A DNA stretch of 34,330 nt, from contig CAYTOJ010000001.1 in assembly GCA_964439415.1 (NCBI GenBank), positions 3,680 to 38,009 on the forward strand. Direction: 5' to 3'. This document shows positions 25,480 through 34,330 of this stretch, in pieces. A program made the translations under genes and the position numbers. The notes beneath the pieces were generated by a model. The model was given only the letters and a program-made list of their open reading frames with translations. It was not told the origin of the DNA and ran no database searches. Position 1 is the stretch's first letter; the number at the start of each line of letters is the position of its first letter. The stretch comes from an uncultured Rickettsiales bacterium. Its GTDB lineage: Bacteria > Pseudomonadota > Alphaproteobacteria > Rickettsiales > CAZAGG01.

Positions 25480-26456
25480 TGAAATCCTTTAAAGCCGTTT
25501 AAAATCTCCATCTCTTCCATCGCCGTTATCTTAAATCCCGCGTCATGCGCCAGCCTGGTGATGTAATCGGCGCTGTGTGCAAAGCGCGTGGTTCTCAGTT
25601 CATAGTCACTGCCGGGTTGGCTTTTCTCCAGCGAGAATGCGAAAACCCCGCCCGGCTCTAAAGCTGACATTACGCCCTTGAATATACCGCTTAAATCACC
25701 ATTGTGTTGCAAGGAATAGGCGGCGGTGATGATTCTATATTTCTGTTTGGTATTAACCAGGCTTTCCTCCAGATTCGCTAATGCCAGGCCGTCATAGAGT
25801 GGTTTTTCATCCCTCATTTTGCCTGCGGCGGTAGATAACATCTCCGGTGTCAGATCAATCCCGTGCAGGGGGGCTGCGTAGCCACGGAGAAGCTCACCAA
25901 GCAGGCCGGTTCCGCAGCCAATATCAAGTATAGGGGCGGGGTAAGCAATATCGCTGGCATGGCGTAGCAGAGAGTCCAGCAGCAGAACATGCCCACGGTA
26001 GTTAAAATCCTCAAGGAATGTGCGCTCATAATCAGCGGCAAAATTGCGGTAGTAAGTAATCACCAGATCATCTGGAATTTTGCTGATTTTAGCCACCCCG
26101 CATAAAGCCAACATGTATTTTATGTCATCCAAGTCTGGGCTGGAAATCAGGGCTTTCTTGAAATATCCGGAAGCTTTTACTGGCCGCCCTTTTTGGAGGT
26201 AACAATAACCTATATTATACAGCAGGTTATTATCATCAGGGCGCAGGAAAAGCGCGATTTTAAAGCGCACAATAGCATCACCATAATTGCCTGCATTCAT
26301 ATATTTAAGCCCAAGCTCCTCATTGGTCTGGTCAAGGTGCTTGAATTTTTCTTTGATGACAGGCAGTTGTAATAACAGACTATCATATTCCCGCTTTACA
26401 GCAGTTAATAGCCCGTCCAGGCCTTCAAACAGCGGATTATTTTTGCCATCTTTCAT
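25461..26456 (-). CDS. TPR-repeat protein fused to a class I SAM-dependent methyltransferase
   Basis: 331-aa ORF with N-terminal TPR-like repeats (YGDAIVRFKIAL, YNIGYCYLQKGR) and C-terminal motif I ILDIGCGTGLLGELL. Confidence 0.8.
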   Translation of the reverse strand: MKDGKNNPLFEGLDGLLTAVKREYDSLLLQLPVIKEKFKHLDQTNEELGLKYMNAGNYGDAIVRFKIALFLRPDDNNLLYNIGYCYLQKGRPVKASGYFKKALISSPDLDDIKYMLALCGVAKISKIPDDLVITYYRNFAADYERTFLEDFNYRGHVLLLDSLLRHASDIAYPAPILDIGCGTGLLGELLRGYAAPLHGIDLTPEMLSTAAGKMRDEKPLYDGLALANLEESLVNTKQKYRIITAAYSLQHNGDLSGIFKGVMSALEPGGVFAFSLEKSQPGSDYELRTTRFAHSADYITRLAHDAGFKITAMEEMEILNGFKGFQCLLRS

Positions 26457-26468
26457 AAACTACGGTAA

Positions 26469-26505
26469 ATATACTCAAAACACTTGAATAGTGTTTTGAG
26501 TATAT
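26469..26505. repeat. Family-A-related perfect palindrome (15-bp arms, loop TTGAATA)
   Basis: Sequence is ATATACTCAAAACAC-TTGAATA-GTGTTTTGAGTATAT. Its arm sequence is related to the 3730-3764 copy. Confidence 0.65.
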
Positions 26506-26710
26506 TGTTTATATGTTTGCGCATGGCAGCCCCACCAGCCCCATGCGCTTATATACTGCTCGCGGATTAACTGCAAAAAAATCCATACATCAGAGGCGCG
26601 AGCAGTATACTAAATTAGTTAATATCTTTCTAATTAGCCTAAGTTTCGACTTTAATAAAATATTTACGGATAAGCACATAAAGTGCCGTTCTAAACCATA
26701 AGGATATCGA

Positions 26711-27541
<831 letters not shown>

Positions 27542-27561
27542 ACACCATTATACTCTAACAT

Positions 27562-28296
27562 ATGACTGATTCAGTAAACAGTGAAGAGATCGGCAAATTT
27601 GAGAAAATAGCCGCCGAGTGGTGGGATGCAGAGGGCAAATTCAAGCCCCTGCACCAGATGAACCCGGCGCGGCTGGAGTTTATCACCGCGCATCTGGCAA
27701 CGCGCACAGGCAGGCAGAGAAGTGGTGGCAAGTACCTGGCAGGGCTTGATATACTGGATGTTGGCTGTGGCGGCGGGCTGATTTCAGAACCGCTGGCGCG
27801 CCTGGGGGCGAATACCACCGGAATTGATGCCGGGGAGGAGAATATAAAAATAGCCATGCTTCACGCAAAAAAATCCGGCCTGGAGATTAACTACCGCCAT
27901 AGCACGGTGGAGGGTGAACTGCTGGCAGGCGGCACAACCTATGATGCTGTGGTAAGCATGGAAGTGGTTGAGCATGTGGAAAATCCCGAACGATTCATAA
28001 AAGATTGTGCCAAGCTTTTAAAGCCAGGCGGTGTGATGTTTTTATCCACGCTTAACCGCACGGTTAAGTCGCTGATTCTGGCGAAAATCGGGGCTGAGTA
28101 TGTACTGCGCTGGGTGCCGAAGGGTACGCATGACTGGAATAAGTTTATAAAGCCGTCTGAGATTTCCAAATGGCTGCGCGATGATGGCATGAGCGTGGGT
28201 GATATAAAAGGCATGAGCTATAACCCGTTAATAAGCGAATGGCACTTAAGCCCGGATATCAGTATGAATTACCTTGTCTTTGCCCACTTGGGTTAA
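27562..28296 (+). CDS. ubiG: Ubiquinone biosynthesis O-methyltransferase
   Basis: 244-aa ORF with FEKIAAEWWD..GKFKPLH..NP.R, motif I ILDVGCGGGL.SEPLARLGA.TTGID, and VV..EVVEHV. Confidence 0.92.
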   Translation: MTDSVNSEEIGKFEKIAAEWWDAEGKFKPLHQMNPARLEFITAHLATRTGRQRSGGKYLAGLDILDVGCGGGLISEPLARLGANTTGIDAGEENIKIAMLHAKKSGLEINYRHSTVEGELLAGGTTYDAVVSMEVVEHVENPERFIKDCAKLLKPGGVMFLSTLNRTVKSLILAKIGAEYVLRWVPKGTHDWNKFIKPSEISKWLRDDGMSVGDIKGMSYNPLISEWHLSPDISMNYLVFAHLG

Positions 28297-28371
28297 GCCC
28301 GGCGCAAATTTTCCTTTGCTCAGGCGGTATGATTTGCTAGATAAGTGGCCAAATAAACGCATGGGTTTGAA

Positions 28372-31065
28372 TTGTCAGATATTGTTGGTACTTCCGAGTT
28401 AACGCCAATCTCCATTGAAGCGGAGATGAGGAAGTCCTACCTGGATTACGCCATGAGCGTAATCGTGAGCCGCGCCATACCGGATGTGCGGGACGGCCTG
28501 AAACCCGTACACCGCCGCATTCTCTACGCCATGGGCGACAGCGGCTGCAATTACGATAAGCCTTACCGTAAATCCGCCCGCATCGTGGGTGATGTTATGG
28601 GTAAATACCACCCCCACGGTGATTCCGCCATTTATGATGCATTGGTGCGCATGGCGCAGGATTTTTCCATGGGTGCAACGCTGATAGACGGGCAGGGTAA
28701 CTTCGGCTCGCTGGATGATGACCCCCCTGCGGCAATGCGTTATACTGAATCGCGCCTTGCGAAAATCTCCCACTCCATTCTGGACGATCTGGACAAGGAA
28801 ACGGTGGATTTCCAGGACAACTATGACGGGTCGGAGCAGGAGCCGGTGGTACTCCCCGCCCGTTTTCCCAATATTTTAGTCAATGGCGGCGGCGGTATAG
28901 CCGTTGGTATGGCTACCAACATACCGCCCCATAACCTAGGCGAAGTGATAGATGCGACCATCGCCCTGATTGATAACCCGGAAATCAGCGCGGATGACTT
29001 GCTACGCATAGTGCCCGGCCCTGATTTTCCCACTGGCGGGCAGATAATGGGGCGCGCAGGCTCCCGCAGTGGTTTGCTCACCGGGCGTGGTTCAGTGGTA
29101 GTGCGTGCCAGAGCCACGATTGAGCAGAACAAGCAGGGTCGGGAATATATCGTCATCCACGATGTGCCATACCAGGTGAACAAGGCGCGTGTGCAGGAAC
29201 GCCTGGGGGAACTGGTACGGGATAAGAAGATTGAAGGCATATCCGAAGTGCGCGACCTGTCCAACAGCGAAGGCGTGCGCGTGGTGATAGACATCAAGCG
29301 CGATCACCAGGCGGATGTAGTGCTGAATCAGATATACCAGTACACGCAGTTGCAAAGCTCTTTCGGCATGAACATGCTGGTGTTGTCCAACCGCATCCCG
29401 AAACTCATGGGTTTGCGCGAGATGCTGCGCGATTTCGTGAAATTCCGGGTGGAGGTTGTCACCAACCGCACGCGCTATCTGCTGCGCAAAGCGCGGGAAC
29501 GGGCGCATATTTTGATCGGTCTGGCCACGGCAGTAGCTAATATTGATGAAGTAATCGCGGTGATAAAAGCGGCGCGGGATGGCGCTGAGGCTCGTACCAA
29601 CCTGTGCGCTCGCTGGTGGCAGGCGGGGGACGTGCTGCCGTTTATCAACCTGATTGGCGATACCAGTAACACCCTGCAAGATGGCAAAATAAAGTTCACC
29701 GATGCTCAGGCCAGAGCAATCCTTGATCTCCGTCTGCAACGTCTGACCGGGCTGGAGCGGGACAAGATTGATGAAGAACTGAAAGCCCTGGCTGAGGAAA
29801 TTAAAGGTTATATCGCCATTCTCTCCTCGCGGGAGAAACTGCTTGGTGTAATTAAGGATGAACTGGCGGCAATTCGTAGTGAATTTGCCATACCGCGCCG
29901 CACCGAGATAATTGACGCGGAAGGCGAAGTGGATATTGAAGACCTGATCCAGCGTGAGGATTGCGTAGTAACAGTCACCCACAACGGCTATATCAAGCGT
30001 GTGCCGCTGGGGGCTTACCGGGCGCAGAAGCGCGGCGGCAAGGGGCGTTCCGGCATGACCATAAGGGAGGAGGACGTTACCACCGAACTGTTCATAGCCA
30101 ATACCCATACACCGATAATGTTCTTCTCCAATATCGGCAAGGTGTACCGCCTTAAAGTTTACAAGCTGCCGGTGGGAACACCGCAAGCCAAGGGCAAGGC
30201 GCTGGTGAACCTGCTGCCATTGCTGCCTAATGAAAAGATCACCACTTTCATGCCAATGCCGGAGGATGAAAGCGCTTGGGAAAGCCTGAACATTTTCTTT
30301 GCAACATCCCGTGGTAATGTGCGCCGGAATGACCTTTCCGATTTCCATAATATCCAGGTGAACGGAAAAATCGCCATCAAGCTGGAGGAAGGCGACAAAC
30401 TGGTAAATGTTGTCACCTGCGTGGAGACTGACCATATCCTGCTGACCACCCGCAAGGGCAAATGCACACGCTTCCCGGTTGATGCCGTGCGCGTGTTCAA
30501 GAGCCGCACCTCAGACGGTGTGCGCGGTATGAAGCTGGAAAAGGGGGATGAAGTAAACTCCATGTGCGTGCTCTCCGGCATTGATATAGACATTGAAACC
30601 CGCGAGGCTTACCTGAAAATGGCGACAGCACTGCGCAAACACGCAAGTGAGGAGCGCAAAGACGATGCCCAACTGGAACTGCCGACAATTGATGCGAAAA
30701 AGTTTGAGGATCTGGCACTGCGGGAGCAGTTTATACTTACCATCACCAGTAATGGTTTCGGCAAGCGCACATCAGCCTTTGAATACCGCCTGACCAACCG
30801 TGGCGGCAGCGGCATTATCAATATTGAATGTACACCACGCAATGGCGAGGTGGTAAGCAGCTTCCCCGTCGCCGAGACTGACCAGATAATGCTGATGACC
30901 AACGCCGGGCGTATCTTCCGCACGGAAGTTTCCAGCATCCGCATAACTGGCCGCAACACTCAAGGGGTGATAGTTCTGCGCAGTGACGATTCTAACCCGG
31001 ATGAGCAAGTTGTTTCCGCCGCACGAGTCGCCGACGAGGACGAGGACGAAACCACAGGGGAGTAA
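28372..31065 (+). CDS. gyrA: DNA gyrase subunit A
   Basis: 897-aa ORF with a TTG start. It has the [22 protein letters not shown], the active-site Tyr context [10 protein letters not shown], a GyrA-box-like [10 protein letters not shown], a beta-pinwheel CTD and an acidic tail. Confidence 0.95.
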   Translation: MSDIVGTSELTPISIEAEMRKSYLDYAMSVIVSRAIPDVRDGLKPVHRRILYAMGDSGCNYDKPYRKSARIVGDVMGKYHPHGDSAIYDALVRMAQDFSMGATLIDGQGNFGSLDDDPPAAMRYTESRLAKISHSILDDLDKETVDFQDNYDGSEQEPVVLPARFPNILVNGGGGIAVGMATNIPPHNLGEVIDATIALIDNPEISADDLLRIVPGPDFPTGGQIMGRAGSRSGLLTGRGSVVVRARATIEQNKQGREYIVIHDVPYQVNKARVQERLGELVRDKKIEGISEVRDLSNSEGVRVVIDIKRDHQADVVLNQIYQYTQLQSSFGMNMLVLSNRIPKLMGLREMLRDFVKFRVEVVTNRTRYLLRKARERAHILIGLATAVANIDEVIAVIKAARDGAEARTNLCARWWQAGDVLPFINLIGDTSNTLQDGKIKFTDAQARAILDLRLQRLTGLERDKIDEELKALAEEIKGYIAILSSREKLLGVIKDELAAIRSEFAIPRRTEIIDAEGEVDIEDLIQREDCVVTVTHNGYIKRVPLGAYRAQKRGGKGRSGMTIREEDVTTELFIANTHTPIMFFSNIGKVYRLKVYKLPVGTPQAKGKALVNLLPLLPNEKITTFMPMPEDESAWESLNIFFATSRGNVRRNDLSDFHNIQVNGKIAIKLEEGDKLVNVVTCVETDHILLTTRKGKCTRFPVDAVRVFKSRTSDGVRGMKLEKGDEVNSMCVLSGIDIDIETREAYLKMATALRKHASEERKDDAQLELPTIDAKKFEDLALREQFILTITSNGFGKRTSAFEYRLTNRGGSGIINIECTPRNGEVVSSFPVAETDQIMLMTNAGRIFRTEVSSIRITGRNTQGVIVLRSDDSNPDEQVVSAARVADEDEDETTGE

Positions 31066-31110
31066 ATCTACCGGGGAATTTGTATTCTGACTTCTCGCCC
31101 CCAGGCTTTA

Positions 31111-31428
31111 ATGCAATTGCTACTTTTTAGCTATCCTATAGAGCAATTAGTAGCTGAGCTTAAAAAATACCCCTGGGATGCTGATAAAGAAATAGTAACT
31201 CTAACCCGTCTTCATCTTACAAGTGTGGTAGACAGATACTTGTTGGGGGAATTGACTGAGCTAGACCTTGATTTATGGTCTAATGCTATCGAGTCACGGG
31301 AAGATATAGGCTTTGAAAATGGGTATGAAGAAGTTTTGCGGGAAGCTATACATCAATTGGCTAACCCTCTTCTAACTGTACCTTTGAACATAAGAACGGC
31401 GCAATCACTGCGGGAGAGTATTTGTTAA
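31111..31428 (+). CDS. Hypothetical small acidic protein (105 aa)
   Basis: The ORF lies in a locally AT-richer stretch. There is no strong SD and I recognise no family. Confidence 0.5.
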   Translation: MQLLLFSYPIEQLVAELKKYPWDADKEIVTLTRLHLTSVVDRYLLGELTELDLDLWSNAIESREDIGFENGYEEVLREAIHQLANPLLTVPLNIRTAQSLRESIC

Positions 31429-31431
31429 GTT

Positions 31432-31725
31432 ATGAGTACTAACTTACAAAAAATTGACTCTATCCTGATAAGTGAGGATATAGAAGGCCTTATTGAAATG
31501 GGCGCACCTGCGGATGAATACAGTGATGAAGCTGCTCAGATAGTTGCCACGTTGGAGGCAATGGATACATCTTCAATCACTATGGAAACTGTTCTTGTGA
31601 TAGTGTCTTTCATCTGGATGAAAAGTTTTGAACTCTCTCAGGAGGATATGGCACTCCGCCTGTCTGCAATTAAACGCATTTCGCACAACATTTTTCTGCT
31701 ATACAACTCGCATCTAGAGAATTGA
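31432..31725 (+). CDS. Hypothetical small acidic protein (97 aa), DUF1871/immunity-protein-like flavour
   Basis: It starts 3 nt after the previous stop. The EGLIEMGAPADEYSDEAAQIV pattern resembles small helical DEY-motif proteins. The assignment is weak. Confidence 0.5.
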   Translation: MSTNLQKIDSILISEDIEGLIEMGAPADEYSDEAAQIVATLEAMDTSSITMETVLVIVSFIWMKSFELSQEDMALRLSAIKRISHNIFLLYNSHLEN

Positions 31726-31774
31726 TAATCACATGGGGAAATAGCTCTTTAAAAAATCATAAAATAAATCATGC

Positions 31775-32992
31775 TTAAAATCTTACCACCTGACAGCTTT
31801 TTAAGTGGGCAATTCTAAACACCATCCACCCCCAGATTGCGGAAAGCAGAGAGCCGCTGATTACGCCTATTTTCACCAGGTTCTGCGCTGATTCCTCATG
31901 AAACGCCAGTAAGCCGATAAATAAGCTCATGGTGAATCCTATGCCAGCGATTACCGATACGCCGTAGATATGCATCCAGCTTGCCCCCTCCGGCCTTTGC
32001 GCCAGCCTGGTTTTCACTAATAGCCAGACACTGCCGAATATACCTATCTGTTTGCCTATAAATAACCCCAGAATTATTCCAAGGGGCAGAGGATTCAGAA
32101 TATCGCCCACACTCATGCCTGCAAAATTCACCCCGGCGCTGGTGAGCGCAAAGACCGGCAGCACCAGAAAACTTACCCAGGGGTGCAGCATATGCATACA
32201 CCTGTTCAGCGGCGAATGGTGATTCTGGCTTTTATCCCGCATGGGTATAGCCATACCCACCAGCACCCCGGCCAAGGTGGTATGCAGGCCGGCATGGTAA
32301 AAACAGAACCACAGGTAAATACCTGCCAGAAAATAGGGCGTCAGGTGACGTATATTCTTCAGGTTAAGCAGCAGCAGGAAGCCTGCGCCTAATAGTGATA
32401 ATAATAACGGAATAAGGCTTAAATTGGCATTATAGGCGATTGTGATGATAAGAATCGCCCCCAGATCATCAAAAATTGCCACCGCCAGCAGAAAAACCTT
32501 AGCCGCCTGCGGTACGCTCCGGCCTACCAGGTTCAGTACGCATAACGCAAAGGCTATATCAGTGGCGGATGGTATCGCCCACCCTGACAGGTTAGCACCG
32601 TGCCTGAAATTCATCGCCAGGTATATAATGGCAGGTATCAGCATTCCACCGGCAGCGGCAGCAAGCGGCAGCATCACCTGCCCTTTTTTGGACAGCACCC
32701 CCTCCAGCATTTCCCTTTTCAGTTCCAGCCCCACCACCAGAAAAAAGAACACCATGAGAATATCCTTCACCCAGTCCTTAAACGCGTGGGTGGCAACAGA
32801 ATCACCAATGCCGAAACTAAGCGGAGTTTTTATAACCTGCTCATATATTCCGCTCCAGGGAGAGTTAGCGAAAATCAGCGCCATTACCGCCGATATTATC
32901 ATCACCACGCCGCTGGCTGATTCCGTTCTGATAAAATCAGCAACTAACTTACCGGGATTCTTCAGCCGCTTAACCATCATAACCTTTAACAT
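31775..32992 (-). CDS. nhaA: Na+/H+ antiporter NhaA
   Basis: 405-aa ORF with about 12 TM segments and NhaA signatures (IPSATDIAFALCVL, AIFDDLGAI). The start may be one of the nearby internal Met codons. Confidence 0.92.
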   Translation of the reverse strand: MLKVMMVKRLKNPGKLVADFIRTESASGVVMIISAVMALIFANSPWSGIYEQVIKTPLSFGIGDSVATHAFKDWVKDILMVFFFLVVGLELKREMLEGVLSKKGQVMLPLAAAAGGMLIPAIIYLAMNFRHGANLSGWAIPSATDIAFALCVLNLVGRSVPQAAKVFLLAVAIFDDLGAILIITIAYNANLSLIPLLLSLLGAGFLLLLNLKNIRHLTPYFLAGIYLWFCFYHAGLHTTLAGVLVGMAIPMRDKSQNHHSPLNRCMHMLHPWVSFLVLPVFALTSAGVNFAGMSVGDILNPLPLGIILGLFIGKQIGIFGSVWLLVKTRLAQRPEGASWMHIYGVSVIAGIGFTMSLFIGLLAFHEESAQNLVKIGVISGSLLSAIWGWMVFRIAHLKSCQVVRF

Positions 32993-33722
32993 TTAATGTC
33001 TGGGATACCTTGATAAAAGCTTGCAGTATTTTACTGTCTCCCGCATCCACTTCGTATTCGGGATGCCACTGAACGCCAAGGCAGAAGGGATGCGCCGGAT
33101 ATTCAATCCCCTCGATTACTCCATCATCAGCGATTGCGTTTATAACTACCCCCCTGCCCGGTTTATCCACCGCCTGATGATGCGCCGTATTCACATTCAT
33201 GGCTAAACAATCGGTAATGCGGTGCAGCAAAGTAGCGGGCTTGATGCTAACCACATGGCCAGGCTGACTGCGGGGGGCTTTCTGCTCATGCTCCAGACAG
33301 TTATGCACAGCATCAGGGATATGCTGGATAAGCGTACCACCCAATACCACATTCAGCAACTGCTCCCCGCCGCAGATGCCGAGTATTGGCTTGTTCTGCT
33401 CCAGGCAGGCTTTTAATATGGCATATTCAAATCTGGTGCGGTTTTCCTTTAAGGTGACGCTTTCGTGTTTCTCAGCCGCGCCGAACATTGCCGGGTCTAC
33501 ATCGAATGCGCCGCCAGTCACCACCAGGCCATCAATGATTGCTAAATAATCCTCCAGCGCTGAAATTTCATGCGGCATGGGCATAGGCACACCACCGACT
33601 TTGCTGATGGAAGTGCAGTAATTCTCCCGCAGGGCATACCAGGGCATGACGGAATAACCACCCCCGGCTTCATGATCCATAGTCAGCCCTATAATCGGCT
33701 TTCCGCTTTTCTTTTGCCCCAT
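32970..33722 (-). CDS. Class I glutamine amidotransferase, peptidase C26 / gamma-glutamyl-GABA hydrolase (PuuD-like) family
   Basis: 250-aa ORF with nucleophile elbow ILGICGGEQLLN, AHHQAV and GVQWHPEY. Confidence 0.85.
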   Translation of the reverse strand: MGQKKSGKPIIGLTMDHEAGGGYSVMPWYALRENYCTSISKVGGVPMPMPHEISALEDYLAIIDGLVVTGGAFDVDPAMFGAAEKHESVTLKENRTRFEYAILKACLEQNKPILGICGGEQLLNVVLGGTLIQHIPDAVHNCLEHEQKAPRSQPGHVVSIKPATLLHRITDCLAMNVNTAHHQAVDKPGRGVVINAIADDGVIEGIEYPAHPFCLGVQWHPEYEVDAGDSKILQAFIKVSQTLNVKGYDG

Positions 33723-33774
33723 GAAGCAATAGTAGGAGACATGAAAAAATTATCAAGATTATAAGAATGATAAA

Positions 33775-34227
33775 ATGATGCAGGAAGCTTTAAAACTGGC
33801 AAGAGCGGCAGCAGACTGCGGAGAAGTGCCCGTAGGGGCTGTGCTGTTTGATCCTGTAACTAGAGAGATAATTTCCGCCGCGCATAATCTGTGTGAGAGC
33901 CTGCATGATCCCACCGCCCACGCTGAAATGATCACCATCCGCAAAGCCTGTGAAATCAACAGGCAAACACGGCTGGAAGGGCTGGACATGTATGTAACGC
34001 TGGAACCATGCGCCATGTGCGCGGCGGCAATATCCCACGCCCGCATCAGGCGTTTATATTACGGTGCTAATGATATGAAAATGGGCGCGGTGGAGAACGG
34101 AGTACGCTTTTATAACAGTCCCACCTGCCACCACCGCCCGGAGGTCTACAACGGCATTCTGGAAAGCGAGTGCGCCAGCCTGCTGCGGGATTTCTTTACC
34201 AAGATGAGATATACCACTCACAAATAA
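33775..34227 (+). CDS. tadA: tRNA adenosine(34) deaminase
   Basis: 150-aa ORF with EVPVGAV and the CDA zinc motifs HAEM and LEPCAMCAAA. Confidence 0.92.
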   Translation: MMQEALKLARAAADCGEVPVGAVLFDPVTREIISAAHNLCESLHDPTAHAEMITIRKACEINRQTRLEGLDMYVTLEPCAMCAAAISHARIRRLYYGANDMKMGAVENGVRFYNSPTCHHRPEVYNGILESECASLLRDFFTKMRYTTHK

Positions 34228-34248
34228 TTGCAAAAAATCAATTCTCAA

Positions 34249-34330
34249 ACACATTTCCCCCTTAATCCCCCTATGTTCACAGTGGGGGGAGACAAGCAAC
34301 ATTCATTCCGGCAAGCAGACCTTGGTAATG
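34249..34330. repeat. Family-B element copy in inverted orientation, truncated by the window end
   Basis: The reverse complement of 34251-34300 reads GTTGCTTGTCTCCCCCCACTGTGAACATAGGGGGATTAAGGGGGAAATGT. This aligns to 21220-21270. Confidence 0.6.

Noticed and set aside
26513-26701. 62-aa ORF upstream of the pilin gene
   Set aside because: It has no SD and spans the two inverted-repeat structures, which explain the sequence better as regulatory or structural DNA.
29092-30435. 447-aa ORF antisense to gyrA
   Set aside because: It lies entirely within, and opposite to, a high-confidence gyrA CDS. Its composition (H/Q/R/L-rich, no domain signature) is typical of a shadow ORF.
32442-32996. 184-aa plus-strand ORF overlapping nhaA
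   Set aside because: It is a shadow ORF opposite a 12-TM NhaA gene.

Overview
This is a gene-dense 34.3-kb chromosomal window with about 37 credible CDSs. I saw no rRNA, tRNA or CRISPR. The gene content and local synteny look alphaproteobacterial (inference only): ntrY-type kinase, a DUF3035 lipoprotein next to lspA, paired M16 peptidases, ahcY, phbB, surE, ubiG, gyrA, tadA. Most genes are housekeeping: yejE, hisA, yejA, phbB, a GST, ahcY, an Smr protein, surE, M16 x2, lspA, ribF, mlaC, ntrY, rimI, ubiG, gyrA, nhaA, a C26 amidotransferase and tadA.

Several non-core items are embedded among them:
- An orphan lipoprotein secretin in a tight three-gene operon with an ABC-2-like permease and an unknown protein (3985-7448).
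- A stop-less in-frame junction between a GT2 glycosyltransferase and an MltA lytic transglycosylase that keeps its own SD, ATG and lipobox (11649-13541).
- A TacA/TacT-like RHH/GNAT toxin-antitoxin pair (13713-14485), abutting a degenerate stand-alone receiver-like protein.
- An AT-richer two-gene cassette of a small protein plus a retropepsin-like DTGA aspartic protease (22137-22818). This is my best candidate for an undescribed two-component module.
- A solo prepilin-type gene whose leader-coding region carries about 6 copies of a heptanucleotide repeat. Both alternative frames stop immediately after the repeat, which is a textbook phase-variation switch (26711-26761).
- Two small acidic AT-richer ORFs behind gyrA (31111-31725).

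The intergenic space holds two dispersed repeat families, a 35-nt palindrome and a G/C-tract element. There is also an unusually hairpin-dense 340-nt spacer (16266-16602).
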